In this document: piece after piece, positions 1-11,409 of the stretch
How the letters are laid out: each line of letters starts with the position of its first letter
How positions within the stretch are numbered: position 1 is the first letter of the stretch
Source of the DNA: Octopus sinensis
Taxonomy: Eukaryota
DNA: 49,887 nucleotides
NCBI RefSeq assembly: GCF_006345805.1
Contig: NW_021834278.1
Span: forward strand, 1-49,887
Reading direction: 5' to 3'
The notes under the pieces: generated by a model
Database searches by the model: none
Told to the model about the DNA's origin: nothing
The model's input: only the letters and a program-made list of their open reading frames with translations
Position numbers and translations under genes: made by a program

Positions 1-135
1 GTGTGTGTGTGTGTGTGTGTGTGTGTGCGTTTGTGTGTGTATATGTGTGTGTGTTTGTGTGTGTGTGTGTTTGTTTGTGTGTGTGTATGTGTGTGTGTGT
101 GTGTGTAAGTGTGTGTGTGTGTGTGTGTGGTGTGT
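1..135. repeat. (GT)n microsatellite
   Basis: Directly visible. Confidence 0.95.
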
Positions 136-506
136 GTTATGTGCTAAGCAATTCAATACCTTATCTTTAGGCACAGGCTGGCAGAATCGTTTGTAAGTCG
201 TCCAAAGTGCTACAGTATCAAGGCTATGATATCCCTTTATGTTCTGTGTTCAAATTTTGCTGGCGTAAACTTTGGCTTTCCATGCCTCTTGCGGTTGCTT
301 AAATAAAGTATCAGTGAAGTACTCTGTTGACATAAGATTTATATTAAAATATCTCATATGTAAATGGAATTATAATAGAAAACTAAGCCCACCCATTTTT
401 AAAAGTGAAGAAGTGCAATTGGTTCTAACTAATTTAATGAATCAGTGTTACTCGGCATTAGGAAAGCAAAGTCGATGTTGAAAATCAAACTAGAGAACTG
501 TGATAT

Positions 507-896
507 GGATGGAAGCACTCCGTCGGTTACGACGACGAAGGTTCCGGTTGATACGAATCAACGGAACAGCCTTCTCGTGAAATTAACGTGTAAGTGGCTG
601 AGCACTCCACAGACACGTCTAACCTTAACGTAGTTCTCGGGGATATTCAGCGTGACACACAGAGAGTGACAAGGCCGGCCCTTTGAAATACAGGTACAAC
701 AGAAATAGGAAGTAAGAGCGAGAGAAAGTTGTGGTGAAAGAGTACAGCAGGGATTACCACCATCCCCTGCCGGAGCTTCGTGGAACTTTAGGTGTTTTCG
801 CTCAATAAACACTCACAACGCCCGGTCTGGGAATCGAAACCGCGATCCTATGACCGCGAGTCCGCTGCCCTAACCACTGGGCCATTGCGCCTCCAC
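507..896 (-). mobile_element. tRNA-derived SINE family A, full length
   Basis: tRNA-like head with A box (TGGCCCAGTGGTTAGGG) and B box (GGTTTCGATTCC) on the minus strand. Flanked by a 13-bp TSD AGAACTGTGATAT at 494-506 and 897-909. Matches copies at 1741, 20304 and 27840. Confidence 0.9.
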
Positions 897-1125
897 AGAA
901 CTGTGATATACAGAATTAAACAGCATAAATAATCTCGACTAGCAGTTATCTACCGCCTGTGTCCAATTTGTTATCTTGCTGGTATTTAAAACAATTGTCT
1001 ACTTACATTTGTATGAACTACAGACGTAATGAAAAAGCAATGAAAACGAATCTCGCGAAGCCACACCAACGCCTCTTGCGTTTTCCGGATCGAGTACTTC
1101 TACGTTAATATAATTAGTCCTATAA

Positions 1126-1535
1126 GGCAGCGAGTTGGTAGAAACGTTAGCACACCGGGTGAAATGCCTAGCGTTATTTCGTCTGCTGTTACGTTGTGAG
1201 TTCAAATTCCGCCGAAGTTGACTTCGCCTTTCATCCTTTCGGGGTCGATAAATTAAGTACCAGTTACGCACTGGGGTCAATTACATCTTTGTCTGTCTTT
1301 GTTTGTCCCCTCCATGCTTAGCCCCTTGTAGGAAATAACGAAATAAGAAACGTTAGCACGACAGGCGAAATGCTTAGTGATATTTCGTCTGTCTTTACGT
1401 TCTGAGTTCAAATGCTGCGGAGGTTGACTTTGCCTTTCATCCTTTCAGGCTCGATAAATTAAGTACCAGTTGCATACTGGAGTCGATATAATCGACTAGC
1501 CTCCTTCCCCAAAATTTCGAGCCTTGTGCCTAGAG
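1126..1535 (+). mobile_element. Two adjacent SINE family B copies (long-tail copy, then headless short-tail copy)
   Basis: Head GGCAGCGAGTTGGTAGAAACGTTAGC and central motif GACTT(C/T)GCCTTTCATCCTTTC..GATAAATTAAGTACC, which recurs more than ten times in the window. Confidence 0.85.
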
Positions 1536-1740
1536 TAGAAAAGAATATAATTAGTTATATTTTACATAATGTTGACGCTAATAAACACAAGCAGAAAAAA
1601 AAAAATGATGCTCATGTTAGATATTACCCTTTGGTTTACTTAATAAGGGCTGTCCTGAGGCTGACTTCAACAAAACAAAACTCTCTCTTAATAAATGAAA
1701 GCACTAACTTTATTAACCGCTGTATAGTATTACCGACAAC

Positions 1741-2075
1741 GGTGGAGGCGCAATGGCCCAGTGGTTAGGGCAGCGGACTCGCGGTCATAGGATCGCGGTT
1801 TCGATTCCCAGACCGGGTGTTGTGAGTGTTTATTGAGCGAAAACACCTAAAGCTCCACGACACTCCGGCAGGGGATGGTGGTGATCCCTGCTGTACTCTT
1901 TCACCACAATTTTCTCTCACTCTTACTTCCTGTCTCTGAATATCCCCGAGAACTACGTTAAGGGTACACGTGTCTGTGGAGTGATCAGCCACTTACACGT
2001 TAATTTCACGAGCAGGCTGTTCCGTTGATTCGGATCAACCGGAACCCTCGTCGTCGTAACCGACGGAGTGCTTCC
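1741..2075 (+). mobile_element. SINE family A with internal deletion
   Basis: Same head and tail as the 507-896 copy. Lacks the segment between TTCCTGT and CTGAATATCC. 12-bp TSD ATTACCGACAAC at 1729-1740 and 2076-2087. Confidence 0.9.
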
Positions 2076-2350
2076 ATTACCGACAACTAAATCTTCTTGA
2101 CCTCATATCAGTTAAACCAGCAAAGGCAAAAAGATAGGATTATTTATATATATATCACATATAGACAAGTCAGACTAGATATTTCGCGAATGGCAAAGGT
2201 GACACATCTAGTTCTGGATGTGACACTTGGTACAAAACGTCTGTATTACTCTGCTTGAGTTCATTAAGTTACAGTTCTTATGTACATAAAAATCATTATT
2301 ATCACATACATCATCGAGATTCCACCACGAGCAATACATACGTATTATAT

Positions 2351-2374
<24 letters not shown>

Positions 2375-2384
<10 letters not shown>

Positions 2385-2660
2385 ACTGAGAATCTATCTG
2401 TCTGCCTGTATGTGTGCATCACTAAAACTCGAGAACTACCCAACCTATTGCATTCAAATTTTACACATGCCTTACTTAGGGTCCATGCAGTGTCATGGGC
2501 CACCCAAAAGTTTCAACTGCTTGCCTAATCCTAGCTCGGAGCAGTCTCTTATCTTTTACACTATTTCAATATACGTGTCAAAAACTATCGTAATGGGAGA
2601 TACTTTCAGTTTCACACTTTCACTATTAATAATGAAACTATTCTCTCACATAATTAAATG
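2375..2660 (+). mobile_element. Probable 5' portion of a non-autonomous Helitron-like element
   Basis: (TA)n start, short TCTG repeat, then CAACCTATTGCATTCAAATTTT, resembling the CCGAT..CAAA(T/C)TT core repeated in the 16081 Helitron. No 3' hairpin or CTAG found. Confidence 0.4.
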
Positions 2661-2682
2661 CATACACATAATGTATATACTA

Positions 2683-2749
<67 letters not shown>

Positions 2750-2760
2750 TACACCACGCA

Positions 2761-2879
2761 TATATATTGTTTCGATTTGCATTGTGTATTTCGTTGTTCG
2801 AGAGAATAGTTCATGTTTCATGTACTCGTGCTCCGTATTATTTTGTTGTACACGTTTCGTGACGTCCTGTGCCGACATA

Positions 2880-2885
<6 letters not shown>
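2761..2885 (-). repeat. TA-embedded repeat module, left arm of an inverted pair
   Basis: Reverse complement aligns with 3483-3600 (GACGTCACGAAACGTGTACAACAAAA...). A more diverged relative lies at about 29750-29920. Confidence 0.8.
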
Positions 2886-2913
<28 letters not shown>

Positions 2914-2970
2914 TATAGATGTAAGTATGTAGATTATACCTATGTATATATACGTATTGTATATATATAT

Positions 2971-3002
<32 letters not shown>

Positions 3003-3447
3003 CTATATACATATATATATATATATAAATTATTTATATTATTATATGATTGAACGCCACGCATCCTCTTCCAAGTAAGTTTTATCTTAATAATTCTGAT
3101 GCGCACTCTATTCTATCCTATTACTCTGTCACTCTCTCTCCCCCATCCCTCCTCACTTGCTCACGTGGCTCTCACGTGATTATCGGACATTTTTCTTTCT
3201 TTCTCACCGTTGTAGCTGGAACAAGGAAGACGCGTTCTTATCTGTCTTCTGTTATAGCCTGATTACAGCGTTCACCCCAACAACCGCGTTTAGGCTTAGC
3301 TTCGCTGTCCTGTTTGTGTTGCCAATTTTGACCCACCACAAAATCACAGATTTTATTTAATTTGCTTTGCAGGAGCAACTGTTTTATCGAAAAATGTGTG
3401 TAGTGGCTAACGATCTATCATGGCATATATATATCTATACGTATATA

Positions 3448-3482
<35 letters not shown>

Positions 3483-3488
<6 letters not shown>

Positions 3489-3657
3489 TATGTGGGCACA
3501 AGACGTCACGAAACGTGTACAACAAAAATTACGAAGCACTAGTACATGGAACATGAACCATTCTTTCGAACAACGAACAACACAAATGGAAATCAAAACA
3601 AAAAACATAAAGAGAACTAGTTGTTGGCTGTTTTTCTACTCTCGTATTTCGAGCATT

Positions 3658-3660
<3 letters not shown>
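3483..3660 (+). repeat. TA-embedded repeat module, right arm of the inverted pair (possibly Penelope pLTR-derived)
   Basis: Inverted copy of 2761-2885, extended by an end that reads ATGCTCGAAATACG on the minus strand. The Penelope assignment is inference. Confidence 0.6.
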
Positions 3661-3705
<45 letters not shown>

Positions 3706-3708
<3 letters not shown>

Positions 3709-3955
3709 CACCATACTAATATATCTGTCGGGCATGTGGAAGAGAGCGTAATTCAGCAGGAGGACTTAAAGGACATGCAAAGGTACATGAAGCTCAGTTA
3801 CAACTACACCCGGCTATTACCGGTAAAAGTTTTAGGTGCCAATTCTGTACAAGACATTGTAGATCTTTAGCTGGGCTAAAAAGTCACATACGATCATAGC
3901 ACCAGTAACAGTTAAGCTTCGTGCAATGGCCATACTCGATAACGAGGGGGCAGCC

Positions 3956-3960
<5 letters not shown>
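3706..3960 (+). mobile_element. RTE-type LINE 3' end with two degenerate C2H2-like fingers and 3' UTR
   Basis: Homologous to 5625-5885 and 31259-31520. Ends GGGGGCAGCCATAAT. (TA)n on both sides. Confidence 0.8.
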
Positions 3961-3997
<37 letters not shown>

Positions 3998-4000
<3 letters not shown>

Positions 4001-4165
4001 GGAATTTACAAAACAAAAAATAAAACAAAAGACGAAGACGGGTGTTTAAACAACAGATGTGGTAGTTTAACGTTCGGGAAGTGAGAAAGTCTTTTACGTT
4101 TCGAGCCTACGCTCTTCAACAGAAAGGAACACAGAAATAAACAGAGAGAGAAAATAAGAAAAAAA
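3998..4165 (-). mobile_element. Penelope-like pLTR module with minimal hammerhead-like core
   Basis: Minus strand reads CTTT-CTGTTGA-A-GAGC-GTAG-GCTC-GAAAC-GTA-AAAG (4091-4126). A homologue lies at about 7960-8135 on the plus strand. Confidence 0.55.
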
Positions 4166-4413
4166 AAGGTTTAGTCGCTAGCGATCAATCACACACACAC
4201 ACAGACACACACACACCATATATATATATAATATATAATATATTATATATATATATGTGTGTATGTATGTTTATATGTATGTATGTATGTTTACTTTTAT
4301 ACATACATACACGCACATAGTCGTGGGACCAATATACAGATATATCCATATATATAAAGAACATACGCCTATATGTGTATGTTTGAATATTTACTTATAT
4401 ATATATAATATAT

Positions 4414-4460
<47 letters not shown>

Positions 4461-5176
4461 ATAGACGCGTACACATACACAGAGACACGCCTACATATCT
4501 GTGTATGTTTGTATGTAAATATACATGCAGATGTGTATGTGTGTGAGTGCTACCGTGCGTAGAAGGAGGTGAGGAGTAACACGTTCTGTTGAAGAAGCTC
4601 ATATATCGGTCAATACACACACACCTACACGCGCACATACATACATACATACATACATACATCTGTGTGTGTGTCTGTGTGTGTGTGTGTGTGTGTGTGC
4701 ATGAGATAGACATTTAGAAAGTTACAAGAGAAAATCAAGGTGAAAAACGAATAGAAAAGAAGGATGTAAAGAAAAAAAGAAAGAAAAAGAAAGGATAGAG
4801 AGGAGAGAAAGAGAGATAAAGACAAGGATTCACGGCTCTTGACATGTTTGGAGACGGCGGGACGCCCAAAATGTTAACAAAACTTTTCAGTCCGGCCTAC
4901 AACTGTTGGCAGAAACAGTGAATGGTGGTTAACTGGTTGGCCAACCCGGTCGAGCTGAACAGGTTGATGGCGTGTTTTTTGTATTTTTAGCGGTTTCTGT
5001 GTCGCTTGCTCGCTTTTCTTTTTTGTGATGTCCCAGTTGATGATCTTCAGATAGAACCTTTCATCATTGTCATTACACACACTAGCACACACACATATAC
5101 AGATTTATACATGCATATGTATGTATGTAAGTATGTATGTAAGTATGTATGTATGTATGTATGTGTGTATGTATGT

Positions 5177-5519
5177 ATTAATAGTGCTTCCCAGGTAGAC
5201 AAACTGATCAACTACATCAAGTCGTTTACCATACACATAGATATTTGGTACACTATACTGCTTACCAGGGGCAGGTTGATACATGACAACAGTTTTCTTG
5301 AGATTGACTGTCAATCCTAAGGCAGTGCAAGCATCAGAGAGTGCATTCAAAATGTGTTGCATATCAATCTCTGTGTGTGCTACTAGCTCACAATCATCTG
5401 CATACAAAAGGCCTCTTATGATAGAGGTAAATATCTTTGTTTTTGCAGCAAAGCGCCTGATATTAAATATGCTGTCAGAGGTTCGATAATGGACGTAAAC
5501 ACCGTATCTTCCTTTGATG
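5177..5519 (-). pseudogene. RTE-clade LINE reverse transcriptase fragment (inverted)
   Basis: Translation GVYVHYRTSDSIFNIRRFAAKTK...LLYADDCELVAH...GLTVNLKKTVVMYQPAPG...VDQFVYLGSTIN contains the YADD catalytic motif and RTE/BovB-type downstream motifs. Confidence 0.9.
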
Positions 5520-5885
5520 CTGTCATGCAATGTCTGTGCAAGACCCTGCCTCAGTAAAGCTGGACTCAACAGTCATCTTCGTAGTCATAAAAGGAGACAG
5601 ATGAGTGACAACCTGGCCACTGGTGGTAGTGTAACACACCATACTAATCATATATGTCGGGTATGTGGAAGAGAGTGTAATTCGGTAGGAGGACTTAAAC
5701 GACATGCAAAGGTACATGAAGCCCAGTTACAACTACAGTCGGCTATTACCAGTAAAGGTCTTAGTTGCTAATTTTGTACAAGACATTGTAGATCTTTAGC
5801 TGGGCTAAAATGTCACATTCGATCACAGCACCAGTAGCAGTTAAGCTTCGTGCAATGGCCATACGCTATCAGGGGCAGCCATAAT
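5520..5885 (+). mobile_element. RTE-type LINE 3' end encoding three tandem C2H2-like fingers plus 3' UTR
   Basis: CNVCARPCLSKAGLNSHLRSH / CRVCGRECNSVGGLKRHAKVH / C*FCTRHCRSLAGLKCHIRSQH, stop at 5835-5837, UTR ending GCAGCCATAAT, then (TATG)n. The internal stop is CAA to TAA relative to the 31.3-kb copy. Confidence 0.8.
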
Positions 5886-6000
5886 TGTATGTATGTATGT
5901 ATGTATGTATTTATGTATGTATGTTGTATGTATGTTTAGTATGTCTGTATGTATGTATTTATGTATGTATGTATGTATGTATGTGTGTACGTATATATGT

Positions 6001-7388
6001 ATATCATTATTCAGTTTGTTTCAAGATTTCTTGCCAATAGAGAAAGAGCCGGTTTCTAACCTAGATCCAAGGCTCCTACATTGGAATTTCAACATCAGCA
6101 ACAGGGTATTTTTATTTGTCTGTCTATCTGTTTGTATGTATGTATGTATGTATGTATGTATGTATGTATGTATGTATGCATGAATGTATGTATGTATGTG
6201 CAAATGTATGTTTAGTGTATGTATGTACGTAGGTACGTACGTACGTATGTATGTATGTATGTATGTATGTATGTATGTATGTATGTATGTATGTATGTAT
6301 GTATGTATGTATGTATGTATGTACGTTATATGTATATCATTATTCAGTTTGTTTCAAGATTTCTTGCCATAGAGAAAGAGCCGGTTTCTAACCTAGATCC
6401 AAGGCTCTACATTGAATTTCAACTCAGCAACAGGGTATTTTTATTTGTCTGTCTATCTGTTTGTATGTATGTATGTATGTATGTATGTATGTATGTATGT
6501 ATGTATGTATGTATGTATGTATGTATGCATGAATGTATGTATGTATGTGCAAATGTATGTTTAGTCTATGTATGTACGTAGGTACGTACGTACGTATGTA
6601 TGTGTGTATGTATGTATGTATGTATGTATGTATGTATGTATGTATGTATGTATGTATGTATGTATGTACGTATATATGTATATCATTATTCAGTTTGTTT
6701 CAAGATTTCTTGCCAATAGAGAAAGAGCCGGTTTCTAACCTAGATCCAAGGCTCCTTCATTGGAATTTCAACATCAGCAACAGGGTATTTTTATTTGTCT
6801 GTCTATCTGTTTGTATGCATGAATGTATGTATGTATGTATGTATGTAGGTACGTACGTACGTATGTATGTATGTATGTATGTATGTATGTATGTATGTAC
6901 GTATATATGTATATCATTATTCAGTTTGTCTCAAGATTTCTTGCCAATAGAGAAAGCCGGTTTCTAACCTAGATCCAAGGCTCCTTCATTGGAATTTCAA
7001 CATCACCAACAGGGTATTTTTATTTGTCTGTCTATCTGTTTGTATGCATGAATGTATGTATGTATGTATGTTGTATGTATGTATGTATGTATGTATGTAT
7101 GTATGTATGTATGTATGTATGTATGTATGCATGAATGTATGTATGTATGTGCAAATGTATGTTTAGTGTATGTATGTACGTAGGTACGTACGTACGTATG
7201 TATGTATGTATGTATGTATGTATGTATGTATGTATGTATGTATGTATGTATGTATGTATGTATGTACGTATATATGTATATCATTATTCAGTTTGTTTCA
7301 AGATTTCTTGCCAATAGAGAAAGAGCCGGTTTCTAACCTAGATCCAAGGCTCCTACATTGGAATTTCAACATCAGCAACAGAGTATTT
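6001..7388. repeat. Composite tandem array: five copies of a ~130-bp core separated by variable (TATG)n spacers
   Basis: Cores start at 6001, 6334, 6680, 6911 and 7278 (ATATCATTATTCAGTTTG...CTAGATCC...AACAGGGTATTT). Spacers share the variant motifs GCATGAATG and GTAGGTACGTACG. Confidence 0.92.
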
Positions 7389-7770
7389 GTGTTTGCTTGC
7401 TTGCTTGTTGTTTGTTTGCATGTATATATGCACGTACGTATGTATGCATATGTGTATTAAAGTATGGATAAATAGTTGTATATATTTGTGTATGGATCAA
7501 TAAAGGTAGCTAGATATGCATGATTGCGTGTATGAAGGTTTGTATGTATATCTGCCTGTATATACATATATCGATAATGGTTTTAATTGCGTTTGACTCC
7601 TCCGGGCGATAACCAATGAAGAAGTGGTGATCTATGTTTTCTGTCCGCTTGTGTATTTAGTATATGTTCGTTTGTTTATTTACTACTCGTTCTTCTTTAA
7701 TTATATATATAGGTCGGTCATATTTTCCGTTTGTGTGTGTGTAGAATGTTGAAAAGGAACTCACGAGTTG

Positions 7771-7915
7771 ATATATATGGAAAAAAAAGTCAAGGTAGAA
7801 AATGCTAAAATGATTTTATAAAAAACATTTCTCAATGACTGAAACCGGAACTAGATGTTTTTTTATAAAATTATTTTAGCATGTTCTACCTTGACTTTAA
7901 TTTCTGTATATATAT
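7771..7915. repeat. Imperfect foldback inverted repeat
   Basis: AGTCAAGGTAGAAAATGCTAAAATGATTTTATAAAAAACAT (7788-7828) pairs with 7855-7896, spacer about 26 bp. Confidence 0.8.
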
Positions 7916-7919
7916 ATAT

Positions 7920-8138
7920 TGGCCGAAATCAGACCGCCATGTTGATTCGTTAGCTCCTGTACGCATTTTTTTTCTCTCCGTGTTTCTTTTCTGTGTATCT
8001 TTCTGTTGAAGAGCGTAGGCTCGAAACGTAAAATACTTGTTTTATTTCTATTCCTGAGCGCCATACTAATACAATTGTTTGTTTGTACTCCACCTGCCTT
8101 CGTCTTTTGTTTATTTTCATAAAGCTTCCTGTTATATA

Positions 8139-8140
<2 letters not shown>
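7920..8140 (+). mobile_element. Penelope-like pLTR module with minimal hammerhead-like core
   Basis: CTGTTGAAGAGCGTAGGCTCGAAACGTA at 8003-8030, identical core to the minus-strand copy near 4.1 kb. TA-rich flanks. Confidence 0.55.
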
Positions 8141-8179
<39 letters not shown>

Positions 8180-8559
8180 TATATAATATGATGTAATATA
8201 ACTTATAGGCATATTGTTACACCCCCACACACGTATTTATGAACATTGCTTTAAGTATATAATATTATTTTGCTGACTGAAATTTACAAATTGAATATTT
8301 TCCTAAGATATCCATCTGAAGATAAGATACTTAAATATATTAAAGTTTCATCTTTCAGACTCGAGATTTTAACGATAACATTTAAAACTGTTATTTTCAA
8401 ACTTTTGCAAATGTGTGCGCATGCGTCTAAGTGTGTACATGCGTATGCGTATGTGTGTGCGTGTATGTATGCATGTATCTATTGTTGTTTTGTTGTTGTT
8501 ATTGTTATTTAATCAAAGTCCAGCCCTGACCAAATTGTAGAAACTATAAATTCGAAAAG

Positions 8560-9100
8560 CAACACCTCACCCGTTACCGACACTTTCAGTAACATGAAGA
8601 ATAAAGCCTCGCACGAATTTATCCAGTTTGGTTTTGTATAATTCGTATAAGTAGTCGATTACAAAACTTTTCCTCATAAAAGGATGGAACTTTACAAAGC
8701 ATCAGCTACAATAGATAAGTATAATTATGCTTTAAAAACTAAAAAATTGGCTCTGGGCAAAGAAAGATGACGCAACGATAATATGCTACGTTGAAGCAAA
8801 GAGAAATGTGTGAAGAGAATTATAAATATTACGATGGAACGGTGATATGCATACTAGTAGAACTGTACGTATGAGGGAAAAAATACTAAGCAACAAATCC
8901 AACCACACAGGAATAGAATTATACAGAGACGATGACCAAGCAGTCTCCCAGAATTGTTTTCTAAAGCCTAATAAAGTCTTTGAAGGAACTGAACCTTAAA
9001 TTAACTATCCGAACGAATCTGCACGTTGAAATTTCCTTGACATAAAATAAATGAACCGCAAGACAATTATATCCTTATAGCCAACTGAACGATGTGCTGT
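8560..9100 (+). pseudogene. Decayed Penelope-like element reverse transcriptase
   Basis: Frame-broken translation gives NKASHEFIQFGFV, ELYRDDDQAV (YRDD at 8922-8933) and IKSLKELNLKLTIRTNLH..FLDI. This is the motif order of PLE RTs (FIQFDI, GLYRDDGL, LKITIETN..NFLDV). Confidence 0.7.
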
Positions 9101-9161
9101 TGCAAATAAGCAACATTTTCTTTAATAATAAAGAACCTATTCAATAGCACAACCCTGAGAG

Positions 9162-9574
9162 TCTCTCTCTTTTTACTCTTTTACTTGTTTCAGTCATTTG
9201 ACTGCGGCCATGCTGGAGCACCGCCTTTAATCGAGCAAATCGACGACCCCGGACTATTCTTGTAAGCCCAGTACTTATTCTATCGGTCTCTTTTGCCGAA
9301 CCGCTAGTGACGGGGACGTAAACACACCAGCATCGGTTGTCAAGCAATGTTAGGGAGACAAACACAGACACACAAACACATACACACACATACATATATA
9401 TATATACACATATATACGACAGGCTTCTTTCAGTTTCCGTCTACCAAATCCACTCACAAGGCATTGGTCGGCCCGGGGCTATAGCAGAAGTCACTTGCCC
9501 AAGATGCCACGCAGTGGGACTGAACCCGGAACCATGTGGTTGGTTAGCAAGCTACTTACCACACAGCCACTCCT
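9162..9574 (-). mobile_element. CORE-like tRNA-derived SINE family C
   Basis: Minus strand contains GTGGCATCTTGGGCAAGTGACTT (MIR/CORE-like), an internal microsatellite, and a tail ending GACTGAAACAAGTAAAAGAGTAAAAAGAG. Confidence 0.85.
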
Positions 9575-10476
9575 AGTCTCTGGAATATTATCAGATAATT
9601 TTCGTCCAAGCAGCTCATTTCACAATAGAGGCCTAAAAATGAGTGTGTTTATAGAATATTTAGAATTTATACCAAAACCGCACTGGCGTTCTAAAATCAA
9701 GACAGATCTTGACGAAAAAAAACATTTTCTGGTTCAAAGTTTGATTCAACTTAGCGAAAGCAATAAATGTGACAAAAGCATTAAATATCGAGCATCCTTT
9801 TAACGGAACAGGTTGTATGCATACAATCCAAGTTAACTTCCTCTTACCAGTGAAGATGTTCCTGCTAACAGTCATAATCGCTACCCTATTTTATCTGACT
9901 AAGACATTTTAAAAATAAAAATGTAAATACCATAGGCTATATATAGATGGCATAAGCTATATATAGATATCATAAGATGAGTGCTAACAGCACACATGGA
10001 CCAGGTTAAGGTGACGTGTCATCCTAACCAAAGAGGACGGGGACTCACTATACCATGTACAAGACGACTAGAAAATATTAAATGCTGATCCAATCAAATA
10101 TATGTACATACACATTTAGATGCTTTAACCGCGGCTACTGTGTGGGTTCTTTGCATTACATTTATGTAAAGTAGACATAGGTATGCGCATAGTCGTATAA
10201 ATGCGCGCGCGCACACACAGACACACACAGACACATACAAACACACACACACACATACACATACAAACATACACACATATATATACACATGTACAAACAT
10301 AGATTGGAGGTGTTCTGTTTTGTACGGCATATCGGTGCTACACGACCGCCATTTTTTCTAGTTCATTTATACGTTTTTGCAACACACCAGATGAGGGGTG
10401 CTTGCTAGACCTTAACTCAAATTGTGTGTGTGTGTGTATGTGTGTGTGCGCGAGTATGTCTATACGCATATGTACT

Positions 10477-10542
<66 letters not shown>

Positions 10543-10601
10543 CAGATATCTATAGACATATGTGTATGCATTTATGCATGTATATATGTATGTATGCATG
10601 C

Positions 10602-10634
<33 letters not shown>

Positions 10635-11348
10635 TGCATGTATGTATGTATGTGTGTGCGTGTAGGGGTGGGGGAGAGAAAGTGTGTGAGAAACAGAGAC
10701 ATGATGACGAGTTCAAACAATGTAATGTTTCGAATGAGTTGAATACGGGACAGTTTAGTAATAATACTCTTATGTGCGGAAAAGGAGTAACAAAAAAACA
10801 AAAAACAACCCCCCCCCCACAAATAACTACCAGACATCGGCGTATAATTTATTAGTGAAAACCGATATCATATGCTCTAAGTTATTAACTTAGTCTTGAT
10901 TGACGTCATATAAAATTTGTTTTCTAGTAAGCAATATCGTGCGAGTTATTAGCAAAAAAAGATTTGATTGACAAGCTCTTTAAGTCAGAAACCGAGAAAT
11001 GACGTTAAAATCCACAGTTCCTTCTGCTTTATTATTTTTTTTTCTTTATTCATTTCGTTTCTGTTGATATAACACTGACGCACACATTTACAGCTCCCCC
11101 CCCCACCACACATAGCCGCAATCATACCTATTATAGACAGATATAGATATACAAAATTATGTGGTGATGTATATTTTTAACCAATGTTTTATATGTTTGT
11201 ACACACACAATTATGTGTGCTTTTGTGTCAATGTATATATATATATATATTATATATATATGTACATATATACATACATACATACATACACCACACACAT
11301 ATATATTATATATATATATATGTTCATACGACTACATACACATATAGG

Positions 11349-11409
<61 letters not shown>

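Noticed and set aside
1007-1099. Possible 93-nt minus-strand exon (TAG acceptor, GTAAGT donor, open phase 1-1 frame EVLDPENARGVGVASRDSFSLLFHYVCSSYK)
   Set aside because: No recognisable homology, and it directly abuts a SINE. Such splice-like pairs arise by chance in 50 kb. Worth checking only if RNA-seq shows junctions.
1741-1820. tRNA gene
   Set aside because: A and B boxes are present, but this is the head of a multi-copy SINE with TSDs and no complete cloverleaf. The same applies to the other SINE heads.
5514-5837. Host C2H2 zinc-finger gene
   Set aside because: No real start or splice sites, an internal stop, three dispersed truncated copies and a microsatellite tail. It is better explained as a LINE 3' end.
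6001-7388. CRISPR-like appearance (conserved repeat with variable spacers)
   Set aside because: Repeats are about 130 bp, spacers are microsatellite, there are no cas genes, and the context is eukaryotic.
9575-9803. Protein-like ORF tail (MSVFIEYLEFIPKPHWRSKIK...)
   Set aside because: The ORF starts inside an antisense SINE, and there is no recognisable domain or splice context.
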